Shown: in pieces, positions 38,328-51,479 of the stretch
Layout of the letters: each line of letters begins with the position of its first letter
Position numbering within the stretch: the first letter of the stretch is position 1
DNA from: Malacoraja senta
Taxonomy: Eukaryota
Assembly: GCA_038087875.1 (NCBI GenBank)
Contig: CM075989.1
Location: 24,616,001-24,680,000, forward strand
Reading direction: 5' to 3'
DNA length: 64,000 nucleotides
The notes under the pieces: generated by a model
The model's input: only the letters and a program-made list of their open reading frames with translations
What the model was told of the DNA's origin: nothing
Databases searched by the model: none
Made by a program: the position numbers and the translations under genes

Positions 38328-38585
38328 GAAACGTCACCTATCCATGTTCTCCACAGATGCTGCCTGACCCGCTGAGTTACTCCAGCACTCTGTGAAACGT
38401 CACCTATCCATGTTCTCCACAGATGCTGCCTCTGCTGAGTTACTTCAGCACTTTGTGAAACGTCACGTATCCATGTTCTCCACAGATGCTGCCTCTGCTG
38501 AGTTACTTCAGCACTTTGTGAAACGTCACGTATCCATGTTCTCCACAGATGCTGCCTGACCCGCTGAGTTACTCCAGCACTCTGT
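38328..38585 (+). repeat. Tandem array of four 63-66-bp units of the Penelope terminal repeat
   Basis: Units begin GAAACGTCAC at 38328, 38394, 38457 and 38520. Confidence 0.9.
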
Positions 38586-38791
38586 GTCCCTTTGTGTATT
38601 AACCAGCATCTGCAGTTCTTTGTTTCTATAAAGTAAGTTAGGACCTATTGGTATTATGATTGTATTTTACAATCACTTTGACCGAGATTGCAGCAAGCAA
38701 GAATTTCATTGTCCTGGGACACATGACAATAAAACTCTCTTGACTCTTGACTTGAAAGAAGAATGGCTCTATAAGTATTTTAAGCTTAAAT

Positions 38792-39248
38792 AGTCAAGTC
38801 AAGTCAAGAGAGTTTGTTGTCATGTCCCAGATAGGACAATGAAATTCTTGCATTGCTGCAGCACAACGGGATATTGTACTCATACATACAGATCAGATCA
38901 GTGTGTCCATATACCATAGAATATATATACATACACATCAGTAAACGATAAAGTGCAATAGGTTGTTATAGTTCATAGTTTGTTTGAAGTTGTGTTTAAT
39001 AGTCTGATGGCTGTGGGGAAGAAGCTGTTCCTGAATCTGGATGTTGCAGTCTTCAGGCTCCTGTACCTTCTACCCGATGGCAGCGGAGAGATGAGTGTGT
39101 GGCCAGGATGGTGTGTGTCCTTGATGATGCTGGCAGCCTTTTTGAGGCAGCAACTGGATTAGATAGGGAGGTCAGAACCGATGATGGACTGGGCAGTGGT
39201 TACTACTTTTTGCAGCCTTTTCTGCTCCTGGACACTCAGGTTGCCGTA
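38792..39248 (-). mobile_element. Rex1/Babar-like LINE 3' fragment
   Basis: Minus strand LPSGRRYRSLKTATSRFRNSFFPTAIRLLN with a (TTGAC)n tail. A related copy is at about 60090-60375, and an opposite-facing tail at 38650-38755. Confidence 0.75.
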
Positions 39249-40744
39249 CATGAAAATAAGTAAAATGTTGAAGGCATGACAGCAGAGCTAGCTAATGTTT
39301 ACTGTGAAATTCATTTAAAGGATCAGCGTTTCAAGTTGTGGTACAGAGGTACAGACATTCAGGAGATCTTTCACAATACGGAAGAAATATGTTCCTAAGA
39401 AAAAGTTCCATGGGAAAGATCCAGCATCCCTGGTTTACGAAAATTGGTAAAAATCATATGAAACTTAAGGAAAAGGCAAATAGAAATGTAAAACAGAAAA
39501 GCAAAGCCAACACAGTGAGCATCGGGTGTCTGGAAAATGTTTACGGAGAATTAATAACAGCAAACCGAAAGTTAACAGATAATTAAACAAGTGTTTTGCA
39601 CCAGACTTCATGAAACAAGTGACCTTCTAGAAATTGAGTAAATTGGGATACGGTTGTAATTTCCAAAATTTCCCCAAATTCATGGAAAGTTCTATTACAT
39701 TGCAAAATAGCAAATGTAACATCTTTGAGTTAAGAGACAGAAAGCAGACAAGCATTAGCTAAACATGCGTCTTTGAGAAACTATCTGGGCCAGTTATTAA
39801 GGGTATAATGGCAGGGCAATTTGAAAAATTCAAGGTAAGCAGGCAAAGTCAACGTGGTTTTGTGAAAAGGAAATACTTATTGGAGCTTTTTGACAAAGTA
39901 ACATGTGCTCTGGATAAAGAGAATGCAGTGAATGTAGCAGACTTTGTAAAGGAACTGATGAGGAGCCACATGAAAGGTCATTGAGAACACGGAATGTTTT
40001 TGGCGTAGGAGGTATCAGCAAGGATGTGGGAAGATTGTCCGGTGTAACTGGCCTTTTTCTGGTTGGCTTGACATAATGAGTGGTGTGGTTCAGGGATCTA
40101 AGCACCCTGCTAAAATATTGTTAATAATAGCTCCAATATTTTCCACGTGGCACATGCTAATGGGCCTGTAGTCTCCACTCATTGTCATATGTTCACATGT
40201 TCTAGGAGCAGAATTAGGCCATTCGGCCCATTCAATCTACTCCACCATTCAATCATGGCTAATCCGTATTTCTCTCTCAGCCACATTCTTCTGCCTTCTC
40301 CCCATAACCTTTGACACCGTACTAATCTAGAACCAGTCAATCAATCTCTGTCTTAAGGATATCCATTAACTTGGCCTCCACAGCCGTCTGTGGCAAAGAA
40401 TTCCACAGATTCACCACCATGTCATTTTGAATAAAGGAATTATATTTGCTATTTTTAGTCTAATTGAAAATTAAAAGCAAGACAGAGTTATGTTATCGGC
40501 CAATTCCTTTGAGACCTTTGGGTAGAGTCTATTGGGACCGAGAGGCTTCTCAGCCTGCAGTTCCAACCGTTATGCTGTAACTTTTTACTGGCCTTTGTGA
40601 TTTTCCTTTCTACCGCTCTTCCTTCCAGAATGTTACATGGATAAAAATATCAAAGGCATGTTTGACCCAGACCTAGGTAGGAAAAGAATTAACATTTTAA
40701 CCCTATGGATTTTCATGAGTCAAGTAGGGAGAAAAGGTGGATAA

Positions 40745-41455
<711 letters not shown>

Positions 41456-42346
41456 ACCGTATAGCACATAGAATAGTACAGCATGGCCCTTCAGCCCACA
41501 ATGCCTGTGCTGAAACTGATGCCATGATACGCTAATCTCATCTGATCCAGATCCCAACTTCCCTCTGTCTTCTCTCTCTCTCTCTCTCTGAACTTCAGTC
41601 TGAAGAAGACTCTCAACCCAAAACGTCACTTATTCCTTCTCTCCAGAGATACTTCCTGTCCCGCTGAGTTACTCCAGCATTTTGTGTTTATCTTCGGTGT
41701 AAACCAGCATCTGCAGTTCCTTCCTACACATTCTCTTTCATTTTCCTGAAATTATATAAATTGCTCCCAATGTACATGGATTGTCAATGTCCACAGTCAA
41801 CTCGATAGCCCAACCTGGATCCCAATGTTCAGTTACACTCAGTGCATGTCTCAACTCTCAGTTCATAATTCAAGGAAATCTTCTTTAAAAATGTCTGCAT
41901 CAGCAAATTAGATTGGAACAAGCAAAGAGTGAAATGTGAGATCAGGGCTTGTTTTATGGGGCCATGGGGGAATGAGCTAGTGTAATGGGGATTTGATGGT
42001 GTGGGTGGATGATACAATCCAGCGGCACTTCACCCACACATTCCACCACAGACCGTTTATATAGAAATCATCTCTCAGACCAACCATAGTCTAACCCAAG
42101 CAGCAAAGTCTGAAGACGACTATGGATCAAATATTGTTAATTTTCAGAATAGGTCATCTACGACTAAACAGAAGTTAACAATTGAATATAAAGCATATTC
42201 ACAAAAACGGCTGGTAATCTGCTCCATACCGAGAGCACTTGACTTCAGTGCAGTCCTTCTGAATATGCCCAAATTCCCCCAAGAATAAAATTTCTGCTCA
42301 TCAGCATAATCACAATCACGGGCCCAATGTCCAGGCTCCTTTACTC

Positions 42347-42783
42347 CAGAGATTTACGAGGATGTTGCCCGGACTCGAAGGTCTGAGCTACAGGGAGAGG
42401 TCGAGTAGGCTTGGACTCTATTCCTTGGAGCGCAAGAGGATGAGGGGTGATCTTATGGAGGTGTATAAGATCACGAGAGGAATAGATCAGGTAGATGCAC
42501 AGAGTCTCTTGCCCAGAGTAGGTGAATCAAGGACCAGAGGACATAGGTTTCAGGCGAAGGGGAAAAGATCTGAGGGGTAACTTTTTCATAGAAAGGGTGG
42601 TGGGTGTATGGAACAAGCTGCCAGAGGAGGTCGTTGAGGAGGGAAGGGACTATCCCAGCGTTTAAGAAACAGTTAGACAGGTACATGGATAGAACAGGTT
42701 TGGAGGGATATGGACCAAACGCGGGCAGGTGGGACTAGTGTAGATGGGGCATGTTCCACGCTGTTTCACACTATAACTCTATG
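42347..42783 (+). mobile_element. CR1 3' fragment
   Basis: MLPGLEGLSYRERSSRLGLYSLERKRMRGDLMEVYKI...; similar fragments at about 15835-16170 (+), 57655-58122 (-) and 58545-58958 (+). Confidence 0.85.
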
Positions 42784-44429
42784 AGATGCTGTCTGTCCCA
42801 CTGAGTTACTCCAGCTTTTTTGTGTCTGTCTCCAGTGTAAACCAGCATCTGCAGTTCCTTCCGACACATTTAAAATGAACACTGGGAATCAGTCAGGGGC
42901 ACTCTTAAAAATGCAGATTTGTGCGGGAATATTTCTGATATCATTGAATGTTTCATGGTTTTCATGGTAATCTGTTCTTTTTCAAATACTGAAATCTGGT
43001 ATTTTGTTTTAAGTTTTGAATCGTGTAGGACACGGGGTGGGCGTGAATAATTATGATTAACGAGACATAACTCAAACCAATAGCTAATGCCTGTTAAACG
43101 TGTCCCTGTGATATGCATGTTTGTATGCGATAGCAAATGTTATTGGCCGTCCGGGATAAACATGCCGCCGGTGCGTTTAAACGCGAGCCACGGTGCTGGT
43201 AGACAAACTGCTGCCCAAAGATACTAGAGCGCTCTGTGATCTTTGCTGCTACCTCCAGTGCGCCGCGGACTTGGCGTGGCTCTCTCTTGTCTCGCTGATT
43301 CACAGCGTAAATAAAGGCAGCGATCTAGACACAACAGTTGTGCTCTAGAGAAAACCCGCGCGTCTGTCTGCACTCCCGAGATGTAGAGCGTTGGGAGATG
43401 TAGGACTCGCAACACAAGGCGCGAACTGTTTTCACATCGAACAGTGACAATGAAACGAACGGCAACATACATCCGCTTGTGAAGCATTAACGTCCCCTCT
43501 CGTCGAGGCCGGGCCGGTTCTACGTCCTTTCTTCTGCGGTAAACAGTCTGGGAAGTGGCAGCGACTGAGATCTCACATCTCTGGGATACAACTGGCTGTA
43601 GCCGGGCCGCGTCTCCCCGGGGCGAGGCGCAATGTCCAAAAGGCTTCAGTGCTTTGATGGGAATGACACAAATAACCTCTCAACTCGGGGGGGGGCTAAG
43701 GGCCGTTCAACATAAACAGCGCCAGATCCGTTCAGAATAGCGACGAGGACTTAGCTGGTAGACCGAGAGCAGTGTGTGAAGGAAATGAGGTGCTTGAAAG
43801 GGGTATTTGCGAGGAAATAATCCAAGATACCAACGCGGTCTCTTCGATCTAGACCAGCATCTGCAGTTCTTTCCTGCACATACTAACGCAGTGAACGTGT
43901 TACAGGGTGACTGTGATTATGCTAACTAGACAGGCAGAGAGATAGCGACAAAGGGCTTGTCTTTGAGGGGATTGGAGCAGTTTATATTAACATAAACATT
44001 GTGGGGCAACGCGGCCACTTTACAGAAATGTCTTTTGTGATCCATCTTCCCCGCGAGCCTCATATCCACACATAGCCTTTTCTTCGAATCAGAATGAAAA
44101 CTCGAGTATTGTGGAATTCTGCGCTTTGAGTGGCTGTTACCAGTTTTAAACGCGGTGTCCTCCCCTCCGGCAGCTCAACATTCCCCTCATTGACATGTTT
44201 GTGTCGAAAACTCTTGCCTTTTCTATCAAATTACTCGGCACCCTGAGCGTTTGACTTCATGGTTTCTATCGCGCAATTTGGGGGATCTGACAGTGCGTAG
44301 AATTATGATTGTGTTAATATAATTATGCAAGAGGTTCCGTTACAAAGGCTTGCCGCTAAAACATGATGACTGCTTCTTCATTGAGTAACATTCGGTGAAA
44401 CGTGAATTCAAACCAGGTATGTCTGACAG

Positions 44430-44650
44430 TGAAGACAGACACAGAGTGCTGGAGTAACTCAGCGGGTCAGGCAGCATCTCTGGAGAACATGGATAGGTGA
44501 CGTTTCGGGTCGAGACCCTTCAGACTGAGTCTGGGGAGAAGGGTAACGAGAGATATAGACGGTAATATAGAACACAAATGAATGAAAGATATGCAAAAGA
44601 AGTAACGATGGTGAAGGGAAAGCGGAGCCCACAATGGTCCAGTTGATACT
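44430..44650 (-). mobile_element. Penelope-like 3' region and terminal repeat
   Basis: Closely similar to 8325-8520. Confidence 0.7.
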
Positions 44651-45999
44651 GAGAGCTGTGTTCTCTGGTATTGGAGTGTGTGTAAATAAAAACAAATCGG
44701 GCCGGTTTCTTTCCCGCCTGTGGTTACCTCATTGATAAACCACTCCCGTAATCTCAGTGGAAATGCACATTTACAAAGAATGGGCGGAGATTTAGATGTG
44801 TTTACCTGCGCCCTTCATCTGCGTTTGATTGTTTTTATTTGATACCAAGTGTCTGTGTAGCCTGGTCCTCTTGGGCACGTGGGCTCGACCTTTCACCGGC
44901 AAGCAACAAACAAGAATATTAACCTCGCCGTGACTCTTCGCCAACTGGCTCTTAAATGGGATGACAGCATCCGAGTGATGTTAGCCGTAACATTGTAATA
45001 TTAGTGTGTGTAACTAATAGTCGAGTCTGTCATAGTTCTAATCGGCACGGTGCAGTGGAATGTACAAAAAAACACCGCAAAGTTCCACACCAACACCAAC
45101 ACAAAGTGTCTTCCATTGTCGCCAGTGTGTTGGGGGAGGGAGATTTGAATTGTAATTAGCCAACACGCGGAGTTACCGCTGACGTAACTGCCACTGGATT
45201 GCCCGCTTGACTTTAAAATATAAGGCGACATTCTCTTCAATAATTGACCATTAAGTTGTTTTTTTAATGCATTTTATTTCTTTGATGGTTTCGCAAGCCC
45301 AGTTGTCGAATCACTAAAGATCGCCACCTCTCCGCCACTATAAAAGCGCAGCTCGATCGCAGAACGCAATAACAATTGTAACAAAGACATGTTTTCGCCC
45401 GGGATTCGGGGGCGAGGGGGCTGGCTCCCTCCTGGAGCCACGGACACGAGTTAGGCGGGAAGAAATATATCCTGCCTTCCAATTAGCATCGTTCAAGTTT
45501 CTCAAAAAGAAATACATTCAGACCAATAAATCAGTCATTAAATAATCGCAAAACGCCCAGTAAAATGATAAGACCCATTGTTCGCCTGTGACTATAGACC
45601 ATCGCATGATATGTGACTGGTTCATTAATGTCAACGTTAATTTGTCTGCACCCCGGTTGGGACGGGCTGCTCTTCAATCGACTAACTGGCAGACCAGAGA
45701 TCACACTGTTAACAACATTTTACCTTGCTTGGATGTTGAGCTATCTTTACATACACTGACTGGGGAAGAGAAACATTTATAGCCCTCGCAGTTCACGATG
45801 AGACTGGTTGTGATTTCTTAATGCGAATATCCTGACCACTGCTGAAAGTGGATGTGGATTAGGGGAGAAAGGCTCGATTCTTGGAGCCGAATCCTTTCAG
45901 AATGTGTGTGTGTTTTTTTTAAGTATATTCCCAGCGACTGCATGAAAATAAACGAGTCCATGCTGTAGGTCGCATAGTTTCATTGTTCTCGAGTAGTAG

Positions 46000-46757
46000 A
46001 TGGGAGCAGGGAGGAGGGGGTGGTAGTAGCGAGAGCGAAGGAGGGTCCCGTTCACCCGCGCTGCCTCCTCCCTCGCCGCCCCGGGCCAATGAGGCGGCGA
46101 GCCGATAACCTCTGGCCGCCGACCTTGCCGTGCGTGCCTGATGTCATGGGGCCGCACTGCTCGGCAGCGTTGCCGGGGCTCGGGCTGCAGCGAGGCGCGG
46201 TGAGACGGTGCTGAAGGCGGGCGAGCCGGCCCCTGCACACACACACACACACACACGGAGAGGGAGGGAGGGAGGGAGGGAGGGAGGCAGGCAGGCAGCC
46301 GGGCGGAGCCGAGCGGCGCTGCCGGGGAAGGGAGGGAGGGAGGGTTGGGGCTTCAGCTAAAAATCTGCACAAAGAAAAGCCCGGCCGCCTCCACAAACCG
46401 GCTGCGGGTTCCCGACCGCGCTCCCGGCTCCTCCTCCTCCTCCCTCCCGCTCGCCCCGCCGAGCCACAACACAAAGGAAGTGGGAGGGGAGCGGCGGCCG
46501 CGGCTCCCGGCGACACAGGAGCCGGCCACGGCTCGGCCTCGCTGCCGGCTCTGCCCCCATCGCACTCCAGCTTCTGCTCCGTCTCTCTCCTTGCCTCCCA
46601 CCCCCTCCTCCTCCACTACCCCCCCCCCTTTCTCTCTCTCCCCCTCTACACACTCCCCTCCCGTTTGCTTTTGTCTGATTCCTTCCTGCTTTCTCTCGGG
46701 CTCAGCCTCTCTCTCTCTCTCTCTCTCTCTCCCTCCCTCTCCCCCCTTTAATAAAAG
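46000..46757 (+). promoter_or_regulatory. CpG-island promoter and 5'UTR of mex3b
   Basis: GC- and CpG-rich; CCAAT at 46086-46090, CRE-like TGATGTCA at 46139-46146, (CA)n and (GGGA)n tracts, then a long pyrimidine tract before the ATG. The TSS cannot be determined. Confidence 0.7.
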
Positions 46758-46998
46758 ATGCCGAGTTCGCTTTTCGCCGACATGGAGCGGAACCCCAACA
46801 ACAACAACAACAACGGCGGAGAGACGCTAGATGACCAGAGAGCGCTGCAGATCGCCCTCGACCAGCTCTCGCTGCTGGGGCTGGATAACGACGAGAGCTC
46901 CATTTACGACAACGAGCCGAGGAAGAAGAGCGTCAACATGACCGAGTGTGTGCCGGTGCCGAGCTCGGAGCACGTCGCGGAGATCGTGGGCCGACAAG
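46758..46998 (+). CDS. mex3b: RNA-binding E3 ligase MEX3B, coding exon 1 (N-terminus, Leu-rich NES-like segment, start of KH1)
   Basis: Translation [12 protein letters not shown]...[21 protein letters not shown]...[27 protein letters not shown] matches the MEX3B N-terminus as I recall it. Two in-frame TAA codons lie just upstream (46749-46754). Donor CAAG|GTGAGG at 46998/46999, phase 1. Confidence 0.96.
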
Positions 46999-47664
46999 GT
47001 GAGGATTAGCCGCTTCTCGCCCGGGCTGGACTCACAATGTTGCAGTTTGGCGCTGGCGACGGACACATTGTGTCTTTATGCTGCGCGCGTGCAACAGTGT
47101 AGCTTTGTGTGGCATCGATACAATCTATCAGTCCTGTGTCTAAATGTATCCGCACGCTGTGACAATGTATCTGTTTACTCCGCATCTTCCAGCTTGCATC
47201 CCGCCTATTGAGCGCAGTGCATCTTAATTATTACCTGTATACTGTACCACCGGGCATTGTCTTCTGCAAAACCATTCCATGCTGCATTCGCCGCAAAAAA
47301 CCTTGCAGGCGGGAGGGTGCGAGTCTTTTCTCTCGTGTCTTGCATGTAGTCCGTGCGTCTTTGCATTCGGGTGGGCGATGGGGGGGGGGGGGGGGGAGAC
47401 GCACGCGTTGAGAGTTGTTCTGGACTCTAGAGCGAGTGAGATGTTTGTAGCGGAATTCTCGCACGGTGATTTCGGACTGTTGGCTCCAGCTCTCTCCCCC
47501 ACCCCCTTTCCTGGAGTAAGTGATGACAAAGAGGAGTGTACACATGCGAGGCGCTAGGCGAGTCAGGCCGAGTTGTGCCAGGGTCGGCTCGGGATGTGTC
47601 TCATTCTCTCTGCATTTGTGACTAAACGATGAGATTTGTTTTGTCTGTTTTTTTCCCTCCAAAG
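46999..47664 (+). other. mex3b: mex3b intron (666 bp, GT-AG)
   Basis: GTGAGG donor, pyrimidine tract and AG acceptor; splicing restores the KH1 reading frame. Confidence 0.93.
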
Positions 47665-49010
47665 GTTGCAAAATCAAAGCGTTGCGGGCGAAGACCAACA
47701 CGTACATCAAGACGCCGGTGCGGGGGGAGGAGCCGGTGTTCGTAGTGACCGGTCGCAAGGAGGATGTGGCGATGGCGCGGCGGGAAATCATCTCTGCCGC
47801 CGAGCATTTCTCCATGATCCGCGCGTCCCGCAACAAGAACACGGCGCTGAACGGCGCGGCCCCCGGCCCGCCCAACCTGCCCGGACAGACCACCATCCAG
47901 GTGCGGGTACCCTACCGGGTGGTGGGACTAGTCGTGGGGCCGAAGGGCGCCACCATCAAGCGCATCCAGCAGCAGACCCACACCTACATCGTTACCCCCA
48001 GCCGCGACAAGGAGCCCGTGTTCGAGGTGACGGGCATGCCCGAGAACGTGGACCGCGCCCGGGAGGAGATCGAGGCGCACATCGCCATGAGGACGGGCGG
48101 CCTGATCGAGCTGACAGATGACAACGACTTCCACGCCAACGGCACGGACGTGGGCTTCGAGCTGAACGGAGCGGGCGGCCTGTGGAGCAAGCCCACCCCC
48201 GGCCGCAAACCCTTCTGCAACTACCGCAACGACAGCGCCAGCTCGCTGGGCAGCGCCTCCACCGACTCCTACTTCGGCACGACCCGCCTTGCCGACTACA
48301 GCCCGCCCGCCGCGCACTTCAGCGCCAACGGCGGCCCCGCCAACGGCTTCGCTTACGGGGGCGACGCGCTGCCCGCCGACGGCGAGCGGGACCTGGGCTT
48401 CGAGTCGCCCAGCTTTGACCCCGCGCCCGCCCCGCCCGCCTCCGCCCTTCTGTGGTCACAGTACGAGCGGCCCGGCCCGCCCCCCGCCCCGACTAACGGC
48501 GTCTACCCGCCCGCCACCGCCAACGGCGGCCCCGCCAGCCAGCAGCAACGGCGAGCCGGCCCGCCCCGCCTCTCCCCCCCGCCACCTCCTCCCCCTCCAC
48601 CGCCGCCTCCCCCCCCTCTCCAGCCCGGCGCCGGCCCCGACCACCACCCGCTGGCCCGCCGGGTCCGCAGCGACCCTCTGTGCGGAATGGGCTCGCCGCT
48701 CGGCCTGGCGCCTTTCCCGGTCAGTGGGGTGGGGGCGGCACATCTCCCGGCCGGGCCACTGACCGAGGCCGGCGGCTCCCGTTCCTCGTCCTCATCCTCA
48801 TCCTCGTCGTCGTCCTCGTCATGTAGCATGCGGAGGAAGGGCAGCCGCGATTGCCTGATGTGTCTGGAGAGCGAGGTGATCGCCGCCCTCGTCCCGTGTG
48901 GACACAACCTGTTCTGCATGGATTGTGCGACCCGCATCTGTGAGAAGCTGCAGCCCGAGTGTCCAGTCTGCCGCAAGGCCGTCACTCAGGCCATACGTAT
49001 ATTTTCTTAA
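47665..49010 (+). CDS. mex3b: MEX3B coding exon 2 (rest of KH1, KH2, Pro/Ser-rich linker, C-terminal RING)
   Basis: Acceptor ttttccctccaaag|G at 47664/47665 restores [23 protein letters not shown]2 is [20 protein letters not shown]; the RING is CLMC...[11 protein letters not shown]...CPVC. TAA ends at 49010. 241+1346 nt = 528 aa plus stop. Confidence 0.97.
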
Positions 49011-49930
49011 AAGGCGAACAAACAAACAAACAAACAAACTCCTTTGAAATACCGCATCCTGAAAAGTTAGCAAAAAAACCGACATCATCAAACATATCGC
49101 GTTTATTATGTGAAATCCGCAGGTTTAAGAGAATTCTAAAGCAGAATTGCATTACAGATTGAAGTATTTTATTCTTTTTTGACTTGAAAAATTATATTTC
49201 GTATGGCAGATGTTTACAAGTATTTTAATTTAATTTCAGTGAAACTTTTTTGTAGCTGGGTTAAAAAACTTTTTTTATTTTCGGATGGCCTTTTAACTAG
49301 GGCGCCACGAACACTGTATGGTTTTGTTAGTGCTCACACAATACTGTTGCCTGACTGAGACCGCGCCGATCAGTTATCGGGTGGGAAGGAGGGGGGATCA
49401 GCAAAAAAAAAAGTGAAAGGCTTTTAGAGAAACAAAAAAAAACGCTTCACCCAGCATATTTTCTAGTCAATGATATAAAAACATATTTTATTCTATATTA
49501 TTACGAAATGAAATTATAAAAGTAGCAAGAATCAATGAAAGTAAACAGTTAAGCTTTCTAACATTTATATAAGTAGAATCAAGTGAAAATTTACAGATTC
49601 TGTTGCACCACTATAGTTTTTAGTATTTCTATTTTAATACATTTGTTTACCACTCGTTTATGTATATGTAGGTGAAGTTACTTGATCGTAAATGTACTTT
49701 ATTGAGCAAAGTTTAAAAACGAAATATATTTTATTTTATGATAAAGGGCCTTTAACCTCATGGTCAAATACTAATATTATATTTGCTGAGACAAGAATTG
49801 AAATTGTATCAAGAGTTTTATTTTTCTGACATTTAAAGTTCTACATAATAAAGGTAAAACTTAAGTAATGGTGCTACTTCATGTTTTTTTAAGTATTTCT
49901 ATATAAATAAAATTGGTACATGGAATCAAT
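49011..49930 (+). promoter_or_regulatory. mex3b: mex3b 3'UTR, AU-rich, with polyadenylation signals
   Basis: Repeat-free, very AT-rich sequence after the stop codon; AATAAA at 49847-49852 and 49906-49911. The 3' end is inferred. Confidence 0.75.
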
Positions 49931-51479
49931 AATTCTCGAAGCATCTGTTGGTCTTAATATACTGCACACACTTGTGAGCCAAGTGCCATTGAGAAAGCAA
50001 CACAACCTCTTTTAAGTAAGAAATTTATGAATGGGTTAATGCTATGACAACGTGAGATGATATTTGCATCAGTACAAAGTATCTGATTATGTATGCTCAC
50101 TATAGATCTATTTAAGAAACTGTATTATAGTTGTGCTAAGAAACTGTGAATACAATAGTGTACTACAGATGCATTAATAGTTGCTGCATGTGCTGTTTGG
50201 CTTGTAGTTCAGACCGTTAATTTGCAATAAATGCCAATTGAATTATTTTTAAATGATTGTGGATTTTTCAAAGTAATCAGCTAGAGGAGTTACCATTAAC
50301 ATTTTTCCCCCTCTTTAACCCTTGTTCATTCGTAACAGCTCTGTGAATGATGGTTCCCATGTTAATGCGAGCGCTTGGTGTGGCTCCGAAATGGCTTTGG
50401 GTGTGTGGGTACCCGCTCATCACAGACGTACAGGCCAGCTGTCGGGACAATAACGGACCGTAGCAGTCTTGGCCTTATGTAGCTTCTGATTTAATGAATT
50501 GGAAACGTTTCCTTTTCACTAGCCTTGCATGACCTATGTCTTCTGTTACAGTGAAATTTTTCAGTTGGACCCTTTCCAGATACCATGAAGCTGCAGCTGC
50601 TTTTGTGAAGCCAAGTGCTATTAGGTGTGGTTTGAGTTGGAGGCTCAGACGGGAAAAGTTTCTGAAACAGTTATGCAGATGTTCTTTGGGGGAGAACTTT
50701 TAAAACAAAACACTTTTTTAATGTCGACTGAACTGACAAGAACAGGATTGTGCCACATGTGCAGATCTTTCTGGATTTCAAAGTGCTGACTGCAGGTAAG
50801 GGACAGATGACTGCGGTGGGGAACTACCCGCTTAGCTTTCAAGGGGAGGGGGGAGCAGTGGGATTGTGTACTGAGTCCATATTAACTCTGTTTTCATGCA
50901 CTTTGCGGTTTGCTGGTTCTGTGAAACTGGATCCATGAACTAACATCAGCGATGTAATGGATAACATATTAATTTACAACAGATGGATATTTCCATGGAG
51001 AAAATCCAAATTATTACATTTGCTTCACAAACCTTAAAAACTGGAATTAAAGGGTTTTGGGTTTGCTCATCTCTGCCGGGTTTTCCTTTCGCTTTAAGTC
51101 GGTGCACTGTGCAGCAATCGAGCTGTGTGGATTTCTAAACATAATTAGTTTGTCTTGGTCCTGTTGCACATGTAAACAGTCTTTCTAGACTTGTGATGGC
51201 AAGGAAAGCAGGAGTGAATGAAATCGAACTTACAATATTCCGTTCTGTTTAGTGTAGTTTATTGTCACGTGTTCCGAGGTACAGTGAAAAGCTTTTGTTG
51301 CGTGCTGAGCAGTCAGCAGAAAGACAATACATGATTACAATTGAGCCATTTACAGTTTTGTCCAAGATAAAGTCCAATCAAGGATAGTCCAAGAGCCTTA
51401 TTGCAGATATGTATTGTTATATATTCAAGCTCATTTTCCTGAATGGATGCATCAAGTATTGGCTAAATGTTTTACTCCC

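Noticed and set aside
38328..38585. CRISPR-like regularly spaced repeats
   Set aside because: The whole unit is repeated with no unique spacers, no cas genes are present and the context is eukaryotic.
46020..46830. ORFs of 100-160 aa in the CpG island
   Set aside because: Low-complexity GC-rich promoter/UTR translations. The true start has in-frame stops directly upstream.
47231..49091. Long overlapping and antisense ORFs across mex3b exon 2
   Set aside because: Shadow ORFs caused by high GC and stop-codon scarcity; no recognisable domains.
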